Shown here: one piece after another, positions 46,255-55,603 of the stretch
Position numbering within the stretch: the stretch's first letter is position 1
Layout of the letters: each line of letters begins with the position of its first letter
Assembly: GCA_022447685.1 (NCBI GenBank)
Contig: JAKVAO010000003.1
Coordinates: forward strand, 368 to 64,367
DNA: 64,000 bases
Reading direction: 5' to 3'
Origin: Candidatus Caenarcanales bacterium
Lineage (GTDB): Bacteria > Cyanobacteriota > Vampirovibrionia > LMEP-6097
Program-made: the position numbers and the translations under genes
Notes under the pieces: model-generated
What the model was told of the DNA's origin: nothing
Seen by the model: only the letters and a program-made list of their open reading frames with translations
Database searches by the model: none

Positions 46255-47652
46255 TTATTTAGAATCTCCTTCAATCGGAACTGCAACTTTAATCTCTAAC
46301 TCAGATGAAATAGGCTTTTCTCTCATAGTCATATAAATATTAAATCCAAATAAACAACTACTCAAGAACATTAGAACTCCACCAATACTTCTAACAAGCC
46401 ACATAGGAGGAAGTACTAAGCCCCACTGAGCAACTGGGTAACCAAGTGCCCAACCAACAGCTTGCTGTAAACCACCAATAGTTAAACTAGAGAAGAATAA
46501 GAAGAAACCTATCAATAGTAACCAATAGTGCCACTTAACTAAACGCACACTATAAATTCTCTGACCTGTTAATCTTTGTAAACCGTAATAAATAGCACCA
46601 ATTACAAAGAAGGTGAAAGTACCTAATAGAGCTGCATGAGCGTGACCAACTACCCATTGAGTAAAGTGAATGTACCAGTTAACACCTCTAGTGGCTTGGA
46701 ATGGCCCTTGTAGGCAAGTTACTAAATACCAAAAAGCACCAGTAAGAACAAATCTTATAGGCATATTAGTAGTTAGCATCCACCAACTTCCTTTCATAGT
46801 CATATAGAAGTTAACTAATACTGAGATAACAGGAATAACTAATGCTGCTGAGAAAATTACAGCAAGAGCTTTTAGCCACTCAGGAACTGGTGACTGCAAT
46901 AAATGGTGAGTACCAGTCGGTGCATAGAAAAATGCAATAGTCCAGAAGCCAAACATAGATAAACTATGGCTCCAGATTGGTTTGCCACTCATCTTAGGAA
47001 GCATATAGTATGCAATACCAACACCTAGTACCGTAAACCACATCCCTAATATATTATGTCCGTAGAACCAATTCAGAATACCGTCATTCAAACCTTCCAT
47101 AGCAACGAAAGTTCTGTTACCTACGATAAAGATTATTGGCATCCAGAAAAAGGCACCCATAATGTACCAAACAGAAACATAAAGTTTCTTGACCGTTCTA
47201 TTTAAAAGTGTTCTAAAGAGGTTATATGAAACAGAACCGAGAGCAACAACAAAAAGAATATCAATAGGTTCTCTGTATTCAGCATATTCTCTACCTTCTG
47301 TGTATCCATTAAGAAGGGTAAGCATACCGACGAATATACCTATATTCCACAAATAACAGGAAAAATTGGCCAACTTCTCTGAGTGAAGCTTAGTTTTGCA
47401 CAATGCAGGAATGATATATAAACATGCGCCAATGCTCGCCATAGACAGCCAACCAAAAGCTACAGTGTTTACATGAACAGGTCTCAACCTCGTAAAGGAA
47501 AGCTGAGCAACTCCCTTAGTTAGATCTGGGAATGAAAACTCTAACGCACCCAGAAGACCAGCTCCCATACCGACAATGAGCCAGACTATCGCCGAAAACA
47601 TGAAAAATTTCGCTGCACTGCCATCTTCACTACTAAAAATTCTACGGATCAT
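46255..47652 (-). CDS. ccoN: cbb3-type cytochrome c oxidase subunit I (CcoN)
   Basis: 12-TM heme-copper oxidase subunit I of cbb3 type. Motifs HVNTVAFGWL and WVVGHAHAALLG, plus conserved His ligands. Confidence 0.9.
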   Translation of the reverse strand: MIRRIFSSEDGSAAKFFMFSAIVWLIVGMGAGLLGALEFSFPDLTKGVAQLSFTRLRPVHVNTVAFGWLSMASIGACLYIIPALCKTKLHSEKLANFSCYLWNIGIFVGMLTLLNGYTEGREYAEYREPIDILFVVALGSVSYNLFRTLLNRTVKKLYVSVWYIMGAFFWMPIIFIVGNRTFVAMEGLNDGILNWFYGHNILGMWFTVLGVGIAYYMLPKMSGKPIWSHSLSMFGFWTIAFFYAPTGTHHLLQSPVPEWLKALAVIFSAALVIPVISVLVNFYMTMKGSWWMLTTNMPIRFVLTGAFWYLVTCLQGPFQATRGVNWYIHFTQWVVGHAHAALLGTFTFFVIGAIYYGLQRLTGQRIYSVRLVKWHYWLLLIGFFLFFSSLTIGGLQQAVGWALGYPVAQWGLVLPPMWLVRSIGGVLMFLSSCLFGFNIYMTMREKPISSELEIKVAVPIEGDSK

Positions 47653-47800
47653 ATACCTTTACAGCTACATTCTATCAAGAGCTTTCGATCTGTCTACAAA
47701 AAAATATGAGATTTCTTAACTTTTCTGTTTTAAGTTACAGAATTGGAATCTTTAGCTTTTTACAAAGAATAATTTTATGTGCAAAACCCTAAAAGTCTTT

Positions 47801-47817
47801 TTGAGAAAGGTTCTCAA
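47801..47817. promoter_or_regulatory. TTGAGA-N5-TCTCAA perfect palindrome about 150 bp upstream of ccoN (candidate Crp/Fnr-type operator)
   Basis: Perfect 6-bp arms with a 5-bp spacer at 47801..47817, in the 350-bp divergent intergenic region. Confidence 0.3.
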
Positions 47818-48003
47818 GAAGGGTTTATCTTGTGGATTTTTTCATTGAATAAAAAGTAAGCTGCTAAAGATGATGAATAATAGCTATTAATGTATAGTTA
47901 GTTTCTAAATCATAGTTAAATAAAAATAAAATTAGTTAATAGATTCATTTAATACAATTGCGAATGGGACTATTGTATTTAGTTAAAAATAAATGGAGAA
48001 ATA

Positions 48004-49991
48004 ATGACCAAAAATAAAATTTCTTTTCCTTTACTTGTAGTTATTGCTGGGTTTTTGATGTTTAATCAAATTCCATCTTATGCTTCAACTGCGACTATTC
48101 AATGGGTAGCTAAAGAAGGTGTTCAAGTAAATGGAAATAACTTAAAAAAAATAGCATCTACAGGCTGGGGGAATGCTGGAGCAGTCTCTAATAAAGCTTT
48201 TAATGGTGATGGTGGTGTGAGTTTTACTGCTAATGAAACTAATACTTTTAGAATGATTGGTTTATCTAAATTTGGAAGTGCTGATTCAAATTATCTTACT
48301 ATTGACTATGCTATTTACCCTACTGCAAATGGAATACTTCTTATTTATGAAAATGGAAATTACATTGGTACATTTGGTACTTATGCTAGCGGTGATACTT
48401 TTAAAGTTGAGAGAAAAGGTGCTGATATCAAATATTATCGCAATGCTAATTTGATATATACTAGTGCTACTCTTACGCAAGTACCACTAGTCGCTGATGC
48501 TGCTCTGTATAGCTATAACTCTACTTTGAATAATGTTGTTTTTGTGACAAAAGCTAACACTGAATTTACTGAAAATCATGAAATCACATGGAAAGACCTA
48601 GTTGGCGTATCAGTCGGAGTTAATAACACACTTATCAAAACAGCAACAACCGGCTGGGCTAATGCTGGTAGTGCTTCAACAAAGACTATTGATGCAGATG
48701 GTGGTGTATATATTTTACTGCAACAGAGACTTCAACCTATAGAATGCTAGGTTTATCTGAGCTTAATTCTGGACAAGATGCTAATTATACAAGCATTGAC
48801 TATGCTATTTACCCTACTCTTAATGGAGTATTATACATCTATGAACGTGGAGTATATAAAGGTTACTTCGGGACCTATACCACTGGTGATGATTTTTCAA
48901 TAATCAGAACAGGTGATGTTGTTAAGTATTATAAGAATAATGCTTTAATCTACACAAGTACTATAACTTCTAGTGAAACACTATTCGTAGATACAGCTCT
49001 TTATTCATATGGTGCAACTATTGCCAATGCAGCTCTAATTATTTCAGAACCTGAACTAGATCCTAATACCGGAATTTCAATTTCGACTTGTAGTGAGCTT
49101 CAAGATATAGAAAATAATCTAACAGCAACTTATGAGTTAAGTAATAATATCAACTGCTCTGGTTTTGATTTTAAACAGATTAGAGGTACATTTACTGGTA
49201 AGTTAGATGGAAAAGGTTTTTCAATTAATGGAATCACATTAAATACCGATGTAGAAGAGACTTTTGGATCAGCTAATAACATCAGAGTAAGACCTAAAGA
49301 ATCAAATGGTTTTGCAATGTTTAATCTTTTAGACAATGCTGAAATAGTTGATATTGAATTTAACGGATTTGATATTGATCTTCGAGAATCATGGGAAGCT
49401 ATTTCTCGTTCTAGATTTGCAGCAGTTTTATCATCCATGGTCATTAATTCAACTATTGACAATGTTGATATTATAAATGCTTCAATAAATATCGAAAACA
49501 ATGTTATGAGTAGTGCTCTTTTAGCTGGATTCGTTGAGGATTCTGAGATTAGCAATTCATCAGCTTCTGGAACCATATCACAAAGATTTGGTAATGATAG
49601 TAAAGTTTCTGGCTTGATAGTGTATTTAAATTCATCAACTCTAAGAAATTGCCAAAGCTTTGGTGATATAACTTTTGACATGGTTAGTCTCTCTGGTGAA
49701 AGTGGAGGATTGATAGCTAATGTTAGGGGGAATAGTTTAGTAGAGGATTCAATTAGTAATATCGATATTAATAGTCCTAACTTTATTCCAAATTCAGGTT
49801 ACAGTGCTCCTATTGGTAAATTAATTGGTAGAGCTAACCCAGGATCCAGTACTGAACAGGTAGTAATTAGAAATAGTGAAGGTTTTGGTTCTTTACCTAT
49901 TGGCCATACTGTTATTAATATACCTCCTAGTTTCCCAATATCTGCTTCGGAACAGATTGGACTAATCTACGGTAATGTTGTTCTAGAATAA
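48004..49991 (+). pseudogene. secreted tandem-repeat surface protein split by a frameshift in a T4 run (48004..48750 plus 48744..49991)
   Basis: Signal peptide. About 160-aa repeat 1 (TGWGNAGAVS...GDGGVSFTANETNTFRMIGLS...IDYAIYPTANG...ALYSYNSTL). Repeat 2 begins in frame (TGWANAGSAS...DADGGVY), then continues only in the other frame (FTATETSTYRMLGLSE...IDYAIYPTLNG...ALYSYGATI). One extra T in TTTT at 48713..48716 would fuse the two ORFs. Confidence 0.55.
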
Positions 49992-50015
49992 TAATTTATA
50001 TGATTAATAAAAAAA

Positions 50016-50044
50016 CCACCAGACTAAACTCTGGTGGTTTTTTT
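50016..50044. terminator. bidirectional rho-independent terminator between convergent genes
   Basis: CCACCAGA-CTAAAC-TCTGGTGG: 8-bp GC-rich stem, 6-nt loop, A6 on the 5' side and T7 on the 3' side. Confidence 0.7.
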
Positions 50045-50116
50045 CATTTAAAAATCTTAATCACTAAGGACAAACATAATCAACAAAACGAAAGAAATTT
50101 GAAGAATTACAATACC

Positions 50117-50467
50117 CTAAAACCCAGCAGCCTGATTATCAGCCTTACCACCTAAAAGACGAAGGTTAGTAGCGCTAATAACAGACTTCTTCTGCTCAGC
50201 ACCAGAATTCTTATCAGTCCAAGTCTCAAAATCTATCTCACCTTCGATAGCAACTAAAGAACCTTTCTTTACATACTCTCCAGCAATCTCTGCTTGCCTA
50301 CCCCAAACTTTGATATTGAACCAATCAGTTTCTTTGTTCTTAGTAGGACGGTTAACTGCTAAAGAAAAATCAGCTACACACGAACCAGACTCAAAATATC
50401 TGATCTCAGGATCGCGGCCAGCTCTACCAGCGACGATAATATTATTAACTCTTTTTTCTTTCTGCAT
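50117..50467 (-). CDS. ssb: single-stranded DNA-binding protein (short, lacks acidic C-terminal tip)
   Basis: OB-fold signature as in Ssb, with FNIKVWGRQAEIAGEYVKKGSLVAIEGEIDFETWTDKNSG (the conserved W residues are present). 116 aa ending ...GGKADNQAAGF with no D/E-rich tip. Confidence 0.75.
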   Translation of the reverse strand: MQKEKRVNNIIVAGRAGRDPEIRYFESGSCVADFSLAVNRPTKNKETDWFNIKVWGRQAEIAGEYVKKGSLVAIEGEIDFETWTDKNSGAEQKKSVISATNLRLLGGKADNQAAGF

Positions 50468-50683
50468 TACTAACCCATATTAACAAATAATTATTTTTTT
50501 TCGCCATTAGAACTTACCCACTTGTCTAAATTCTGCGTTATCCTCGTCTTCAAATGCTCATTTACCACCAGTAAACTGCGCTTTTCATCCTCAAAAGCCT
50601 TGGCTTTAAACAAGTGAATAAGTTCTAAACCACTTATATAAGGTATGAATCTAAAAATTAGTTTTGATATAATATTTCTCGCT

Positions 50684-52618
50684 ATGGGTAATAAAATAGA
50701 CGGAAAAGTATTAGGAATAGATTTAGGAACCACTAACTCCTGCGTAGCTGTGATGGAAGGTGGACAGGGAACGGTTATCCCGAACTCAGAAGGTGCAAGA
50801 ACTACGCCTTCAGTAGTTGCTTTTGGAGATACTATAACAGTAGGTCAGATTGCTAAACGTGGTCGCGTAATGAAGCCCACAGAGACTATTTTCAGTGCTA
50901 AGCGTTTAATCGGACATAGCTGGGATGAAGTTGCTGATGTTTTAGAAGCACTTCCATACGAAACTATTAAAGGTAAAAACAATTCTGTAGATATTAAAGT
51001 AGCTGGTAAAGAATATACTCCTCAAGAAATTTCAGCTGAAGTTCTTAGAAAATTGAAAGAAGATGCTGAGTCTTACTTAGGTCAAAGTGTTAACCACGCA
51101 GTTATCACTGTTCCAGCTTACTTCAACGATTCACAAAGACAAGCTACTAAAGATGCTGGTAAGATTGCCGGACTTGAAGTTCTTAGAATTATCAACGAGC
51201 CTACAGCAGCAGCGCTTGCTTATGGTTTAGACAAGAAAGACGACTCTACTATCTTAGTATTTGACTTAGGTGGTGGTACTTTTGATGTTAGTATTCTTGA
51301 ATTAGGTGATGGTGTATTTGAAGTTAAAGCTACAGCTGGTGACTCTAGACTTGGTGGTGATGACTTCGATTCAGTAATCGTAGATTACATAGCAGAAGAT
51401 TTCAGAAATAGTAACGGTATAGATCTTAAGCAAGATTCTCAAGCATTACAAAGACTTACAGAAGCTGCTGAGAAAGTTAAAATTGAACTTTCTACTCTAA
51501 GTGAAAGTACTGTTAGCCTTCCATTTATTACAGCTGATGCTTCAGGTCCTAAACATTTAGAGACTTCTATTTCTAGAGCTAAGTTTGAATCACTTTGTGA
51601 CAAACTATTTGATAAACTGAAAGGTCCTCTTAACCAAGCAATCAAAGACGCTGACGTTAATATCTCTGAAATCGATGAAGTTGTTTTAGTTGGTGGTTCT
51701 ACTAGAATTCCAGCTGTTAAGAAAATCGTTAAAGACATCACAGGTAAAGAGCCTAACCAAGGTGTTAATCCTGACGAAGTAGTTGCTATGGGTGCTGCTA
51801 TCCAAGGTGGTGTACTTGCTGGTGATGTTAAAGATGTTGTTCTTTTAGACGTAACTCCACTTAGCCTAGGTATTGAAACTTTAGGTGGCGTAATGACTAA
51901 ACTTATCGAAAGAAACACTACAATTCCTACGAAGAAATCTGAAACTTTCAGTACAGCAGAAGATAACCAAACAAGTGTAGACATCAAAGTCTATCAGGGA
52001 GAAAGATCTAGAGCTTCTGAAAACAAATTATTAGGTGATTTCAGATTAGACGATATTCCTGGTGCTCCTAGAGGAATGCCTAAGATTGAAGTAACATTTG
52101 ACATCGATGCTAATGGTATTTTAAATGTCTCTGCTAAGGACACTAACTCAGGTAAAGAACAGAAAATATCTATCACAGCTACAACTAATCTTTCTGATGC
52201 TGATATCGACAGAATGGTAGAAGAAGCTGAAGCTAGAAAGAAAGAAGACGAAGAGTTCAAGAAATACGCTGATGAGCTTAATAAAGCTGATAGTAGTGTT
52301 TATGGTGCAGAAAAACTTCTTAGTGAGCTGAAAGACAAGCCTTACGTTGATAAAGTTAAAAACGAAGCTGATAAATTAGAAGATGTCGCTAATCAATTGC
52401 GTGACGCTGTTAAAAACAAATCACCTCTTGAAGATTTAACTCAGAAATCAGTAGATATCCAAAACGCAATGATGGAACTAAATAAAGCTATGGCTCCATT
52501 TGCTGAAAATGATCCTGCTGCTGGAGCTAGCGAAGAACCATCTGCTGCTTCTGAGTCTTCTGCAAATGACGATGACGATGTAATAGATGCTGAATTTAAA
52601 GCAAGTCAAGTTGATTAA
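50684..52618 (+). CDS. dnaK: molecular chaperone DnaK (Hsp70)
   Basis: [37 protein letters not shown] and [12 protein letters not shown] motifs are all present. Start set to ATG 50684 ([15 protein letters not shown]). Confidence 0.95.
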   Translation: MGNKIDGKVLGIDLGTTNSCVAVMEGGQGTVIPNSEGARTTPSVVAFGDTITVGQIAKRGRVMKPTETIFSAKRLIGHSWDEVADVLEALPYETIKGKNNSVDIKVAGKEYTPQEISAEVLRKLKEDAESYLGQSVNHAVITVPAYFNDSQRQATKDAGKIAGLEVLRIINEPTAAALAYGLDKKDDSTILVFDLGGGTFDVSILELGDGVFEVKATAGDSRLGGDDFDSVIVDYIAEDFRNSNGIDLKQDSQALQRLTEAAEKVKIELSTLSESTVSLPFITADASGPKHLETSISRAKFESLCDKLFDKLKGPLNQAIKDADVNISEIDEVVLVGGSTRIPAVKKIVKDITGKEPNQGVNPDEVVAMGAAIQGGVLAGDVKDVVLLDVTPLSLGIETLGGVMTKLIERNTTIPTKKSETFSTAEDNQTSVDIKVYQGERSRASENKLLGDFRLDDIPGAPRGMPKIEVTFDIDANGILNVSAKDTNSGKEQKISITATTNLSDADIDRMVEEAEARKKEDEEFKKYADELNKADSSVYGAEKLLSELKDKPYVDKVKNEADKLEDVANQLRDAVKNKSPLEDLTQKSVDIQNAMMELNKAMAPFAENDPAAGASEEPSAASESSANDDDDVIDAEFKASQVD

Positions 52619-52663
52619 TCTTATATAATTAACTTAGGCTTGGTTTTAAATTAGGTAAATATT

Positions 52664-53404
52664 ATGCAACTATTTTTAGGGATATTAAAGTTTTTCATAA
52701 AGAAAGTAGTATCCTTTGTGATAATCATAGCCCTCGTTTATTTCCTCTGGAATCTTTTTAGTCATAGAGAAGACAAAAGAAAGTTTGTTATTAGCGTTGA
52801 TCATATTTCAGGTCTGAGTAGAGGCGCACCCGTTTATTTGGGCGGTGCAAAAGTAGGCAAGGTATTGAAAATATTTCCTGTAGCCAATTTAGACAAAGTC
52901 GCTATCGAAGGAATCATCACTCAAAAAGGCTTAGTAATCGATAAAAATGATCTGCAAGCAAGAATTATCACTGATGTAGAAGGTGGTGGTGGACAGGTAT
53001 TGGAGATTACCCAGTTCCACTTAATCAGCTCAAGTAAAAATAATAAACAAAATAGCCAGGTAGCTTATATCACTAAATATGCAAGTAGATTACTCTTAGA
53101 TACATTGCAGATGACCAAAGATTTCGCTAACGAATCTATCGCTTACCTCAACAGACAGGAAACTCTTGAATATAAACAAAAACTAGAAGAGTCAGTAGGT
53201 AACACAGTAAGAAGTATAGAATATGGCTTAATCGAAGATGACATCAAAAATAACATGCGAGACATCAATAACAAAATCAAAGATGTTGAACAGTCAAAAG
53301 AAGAAAACCCTAATCAAGTAACAGAAGCACTGGCTGATCAATTAGAAGCAATTAAGAACACATTATCTAGTTTTAATACAGTATCTGACGTTTATAAGGA
53401 CTAG
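52664..53404 (+). CDS. MCE/MlaD-like domain membrane protein
   Basis: N-terminal TM helix followed by an Mce-like segment (FVISVDHISGLSRGAPVYLGGAKVGKVLKIFPV), then a coiled-coil-like tail. Confidence 0.5.
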   Translation: MQLFLGILKFFIKKVVSFVIIIALVYFLWNLFSHREDKRKFVISVDHISGLSRGAPVYLGGAKVGKVLKIFPVANLDKVAIEGIITQKGLVIDKNDLQARIITDVEGGGGQVLEITQFHLISSSKNNKQNSQVAYITKYASRLLLDTLQMTKDFANESIAYLNRQETLEYKQKLEESVGNTVRSIEYGLIEDDIKNNMRDINNKIKDVEQSKEENPNQVTEALADQLEAIKNTLSSFNTVSDVYKD

Positions 53405-53442
53405 ATTAACCATATTTTAATAAGTCAAGCAAATAAACTGTT

Positions 53443-53464
53443 TATGAACAAAAATTTGTTCATA
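53443..53464. terminator. 22-bp perfect palindrome TATGAACAAAAATTTGTTCATA (hairpin terminator or operator)
   Basis: 10-bp arms with a 2-nt centre. As RNA it forms an 8-bp stem plus 6-nt loop followed by AUUUACAUUUCGUAUUU. Lies 38 nt after the stop of the MlaD-like gene. Confidence 0.4.
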
Positions 53465-53621
53465 ATTTACATTTCGTATTTACTGGTAATTAGTTTTTGC
53501 CTTAAAGTGAAGGCAAAGCCTAGCTGGGTAGATCCTTAGCTGCTTAAAAGAGAATTGTATTAACGCTTTACAGATAGCTGTCGATGAGAAGCTTGAAAGT
53601 CTTAATTCATCTGAAGATGTA

Positions 53622-55601
53622 TTGGAATTCAGATTAGAAATAATTGATAGAAAAAGCCTGGGGGCTAGAAATAACATCAAAGTCAGCTTGCTTGACGAAA
53701 ATGATGAAATTCAAGCTATTAGCTATATAAATTTATCATCAAATAGCAGGCGAAGAATAAAATTTGAAATAATTAAGAGTAAAGTATCACTAAATACTTT
53801 TTATAATATTCTCGTTGATTATAGAGACGGTGATATTGATGAATTTGAGTTAAGTCTTAATAGAAACCAAGAGCAAAATATCATAAACCAAGAAATAGAG
53901 CGAAATAGTAACTTTGAAAACCTCAGCATCGAGGACATTTTATTCAATAAAGTTAGTTTTGAACCGACCAGATTCGGTAATGGAATGCAAACCTTTATTT
54001 TCAAGGAAAATGATACTTTTAAAGTTAAAATCCCAATCTTTGTAAATAAAAAGAATGTCACTAGAACTAGAGTAAGAGTTAATAGGGAAGCTAAGTCAAA
54101 TATAAATAATCCAACCTTAAATACTATCGAAAATATTCAGCTAGGTTCATCAAATAATTTCGCGCAAATATCTCAAGAGGATAATACATTAATTATTAAG
54201 TCAAGTAATCCAGTTTATGAACCAATATTCATCAATAATAAACAGCAAATAGGAATTGGTGTAAGAGAACCACAAGCAAGCTTAGATATTGCAAAGCAAT
54301 CACCTAACCAAGCACATATAGTTTTAAGAGATGCCCCATTAAGTGAAAAGCCCATTAACGGAGGACTTGAGTATCATAATGGAAGATTATATTTTACAGC
54401 CAATGGACAAAGAAAAATAATTGTTGCAAACTCAACTGGTGACGCAGGAACAGTAGTGATAAATCAAACAATTACAGGATCAAGCAGTTCATCACCAACA
54501 GAAGTAGCAAACTTAAATATAGTTGATCTTCAAACAAGTACAGTAATTGACTTTACAGAAGAAAGAAACTTTTTCACGAAAGATATATCTGCAAATACAA
54601 CTTTTACATTTACAAATCTTAAAGCAGGGCATAAAGTGAGTCTAGTTCTAAAAAGTAACGCTAGCGCCTTATATAACTTAAGTTTCCCAAGCTATGTAAG
54701 CACAAATGATAATTTAAATCAAATTAATTCTGAATATAAAATAATTGATTTAGAAGTGATTAACGAAGATAGTGGTCAAGAAATAGTGATAGCAAGTAGT
54801 AAATCTCTTGGAAATAAAATTTATAATTTCAATGATGCATCTATTATATTTAGCTTGAGAAAAATTATTGATTCTTATGGTGGAAATGCAATAGATATTA
54901 GAAGAGCTAGTGATAACAGTACTTTGGAGATTGGCTTTGACGGATCTGGGAATCTTGATTCAGCTAGCATCAATACATTCTGTGCTGCTACAGACTGTTT
55001 TGTTGTAACTTGGTATAACCAGGTAGATACTTCTAATAATGCTACACAAACAAATGTTAATTTCCAACCTAAAATTTATGATTCTGTAACAGGGCTTATA
55101 ACAAACAATAGTGGCTTTCCAGCCATTCTAGGAGATAACAGTAATGATGAAATGATTTTTGACTTATCTTCGATATCAGAAAAATCATATGGTGTTTTTG
55201 TCGTTACTGAGAGATTAAGTACTGGATCAAATATGTATTTCGTTAGTGCGAATAATGATGACTTTCATCACTTCGGCTTTAGAGATGATACAACAGTGAG
55301 ATTAAGTCACTTTGGTTTTGGTAATGAATTAGATGCAACTACTACAGGCTATACAAGTGCAACAACAGAACTTTATACGTTCTTATCAAGTAGCTCAGCT
55401 GGAAAAATGATTAGAAGAAATACTATTACTCTGGGATCAAGCATTAATACAAATGGACAAAAAGCATTTGCTGGCTCGTTATTTAGATTTAGGAACTGGA
55501 ACTATAATGGTTCTATTAGTGAGGTAATAGTAATACCGAAAGATATAATTGGTGACTACGGTAATATGGAGAGCAATATTCAAACTTTTTATGGGCTATA
55601 A
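53622..55601 (+). CDS. large hypothetical protein, paralog A of a tandem pair (conserved C-terminal roughly 330-aa domain)
   Basis: 659 aa. C-terminal region aligns residue-by-residue with the next gene (FSLRKIIDSYGGNAIDIRRASDN...TDCFVVTWYNQVDT...QPKIYDSVTGLI...FGFRDD). Confidence 0.5.
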   Translation: MEFRLEIIDRKSLGARNNIKVSLLDENDEIQAISYINLSSNSRRRIKFEIIKSKVSLNTFYNILVDYRDGDIDEFELSLNRNQEQNIINQEIERNSNFENLSIEDILFNKVSFEPTRFGNGMQTFIFKENDTFKVKIPIFVNKKNVTRTRVRVNREAKSNINNPTLNTIENIQLGSSNNFAQISQEDNTLIIKSSNPVYEPIFINNKQQIGIGVREPQASLDIAKQSPNQAHIVLRDAPLSEKPINGGLEYHNGRLYFTANGQRKIIVANSTGDAGTVVINQTITGSSSSSPTEVANLNIVDLQTSTVIDFTEERNFFTKDISANTTFTFTNLKAGHKVSLVLKSNASALYNLSFPSYVSTNDNLNQINSEYKIIDLEVINEDSGQEIVIASSKSLGNKIYNFNDASIIFSLRKIIDSYGGNAIDIRRASDNSTLEIGFDGSGNLDSASINTFCAATDCFVVTWYNQVDTSNNATQTNVNFQPKIYDSVTGLITNNSGFPAILGDNSNDEMIFDLSSISEKSYGVFVVTERLSTGSNMYFVSANNDDFHHFGFRDDTTVRLSHFGFGNELDATTTGYTSATTELYTFLSSSSAGKMIRRNTITLGSSINTNGQKAFAGSLFRFRNWNYNGSISEVIVIPKDIIGDYGNMESNIQTFYGL

Positions 55602-55603
55602 AA

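Noticed and set aside
50645-50683. Upstream extension of dnaK (start at 50645)
   Set aside because: The ATG at 50684 gives the canonical [13 protein letters not shown]-terminus. The extension has no homology support.
50491-50733. 80-aa minus-strand ORF
   Set aside because: Lies over the dnaK promoter region and start codon on the opposite strand.
51439-52260. Minus-strand ORFs of 182 and 88 aa
   Set aside because: Antisense within dnaK, a Ser/Leu-rich artefact.
53819-54061. 80-aa minus-strand ORF
   Set aside because: Antisense within paralog A.
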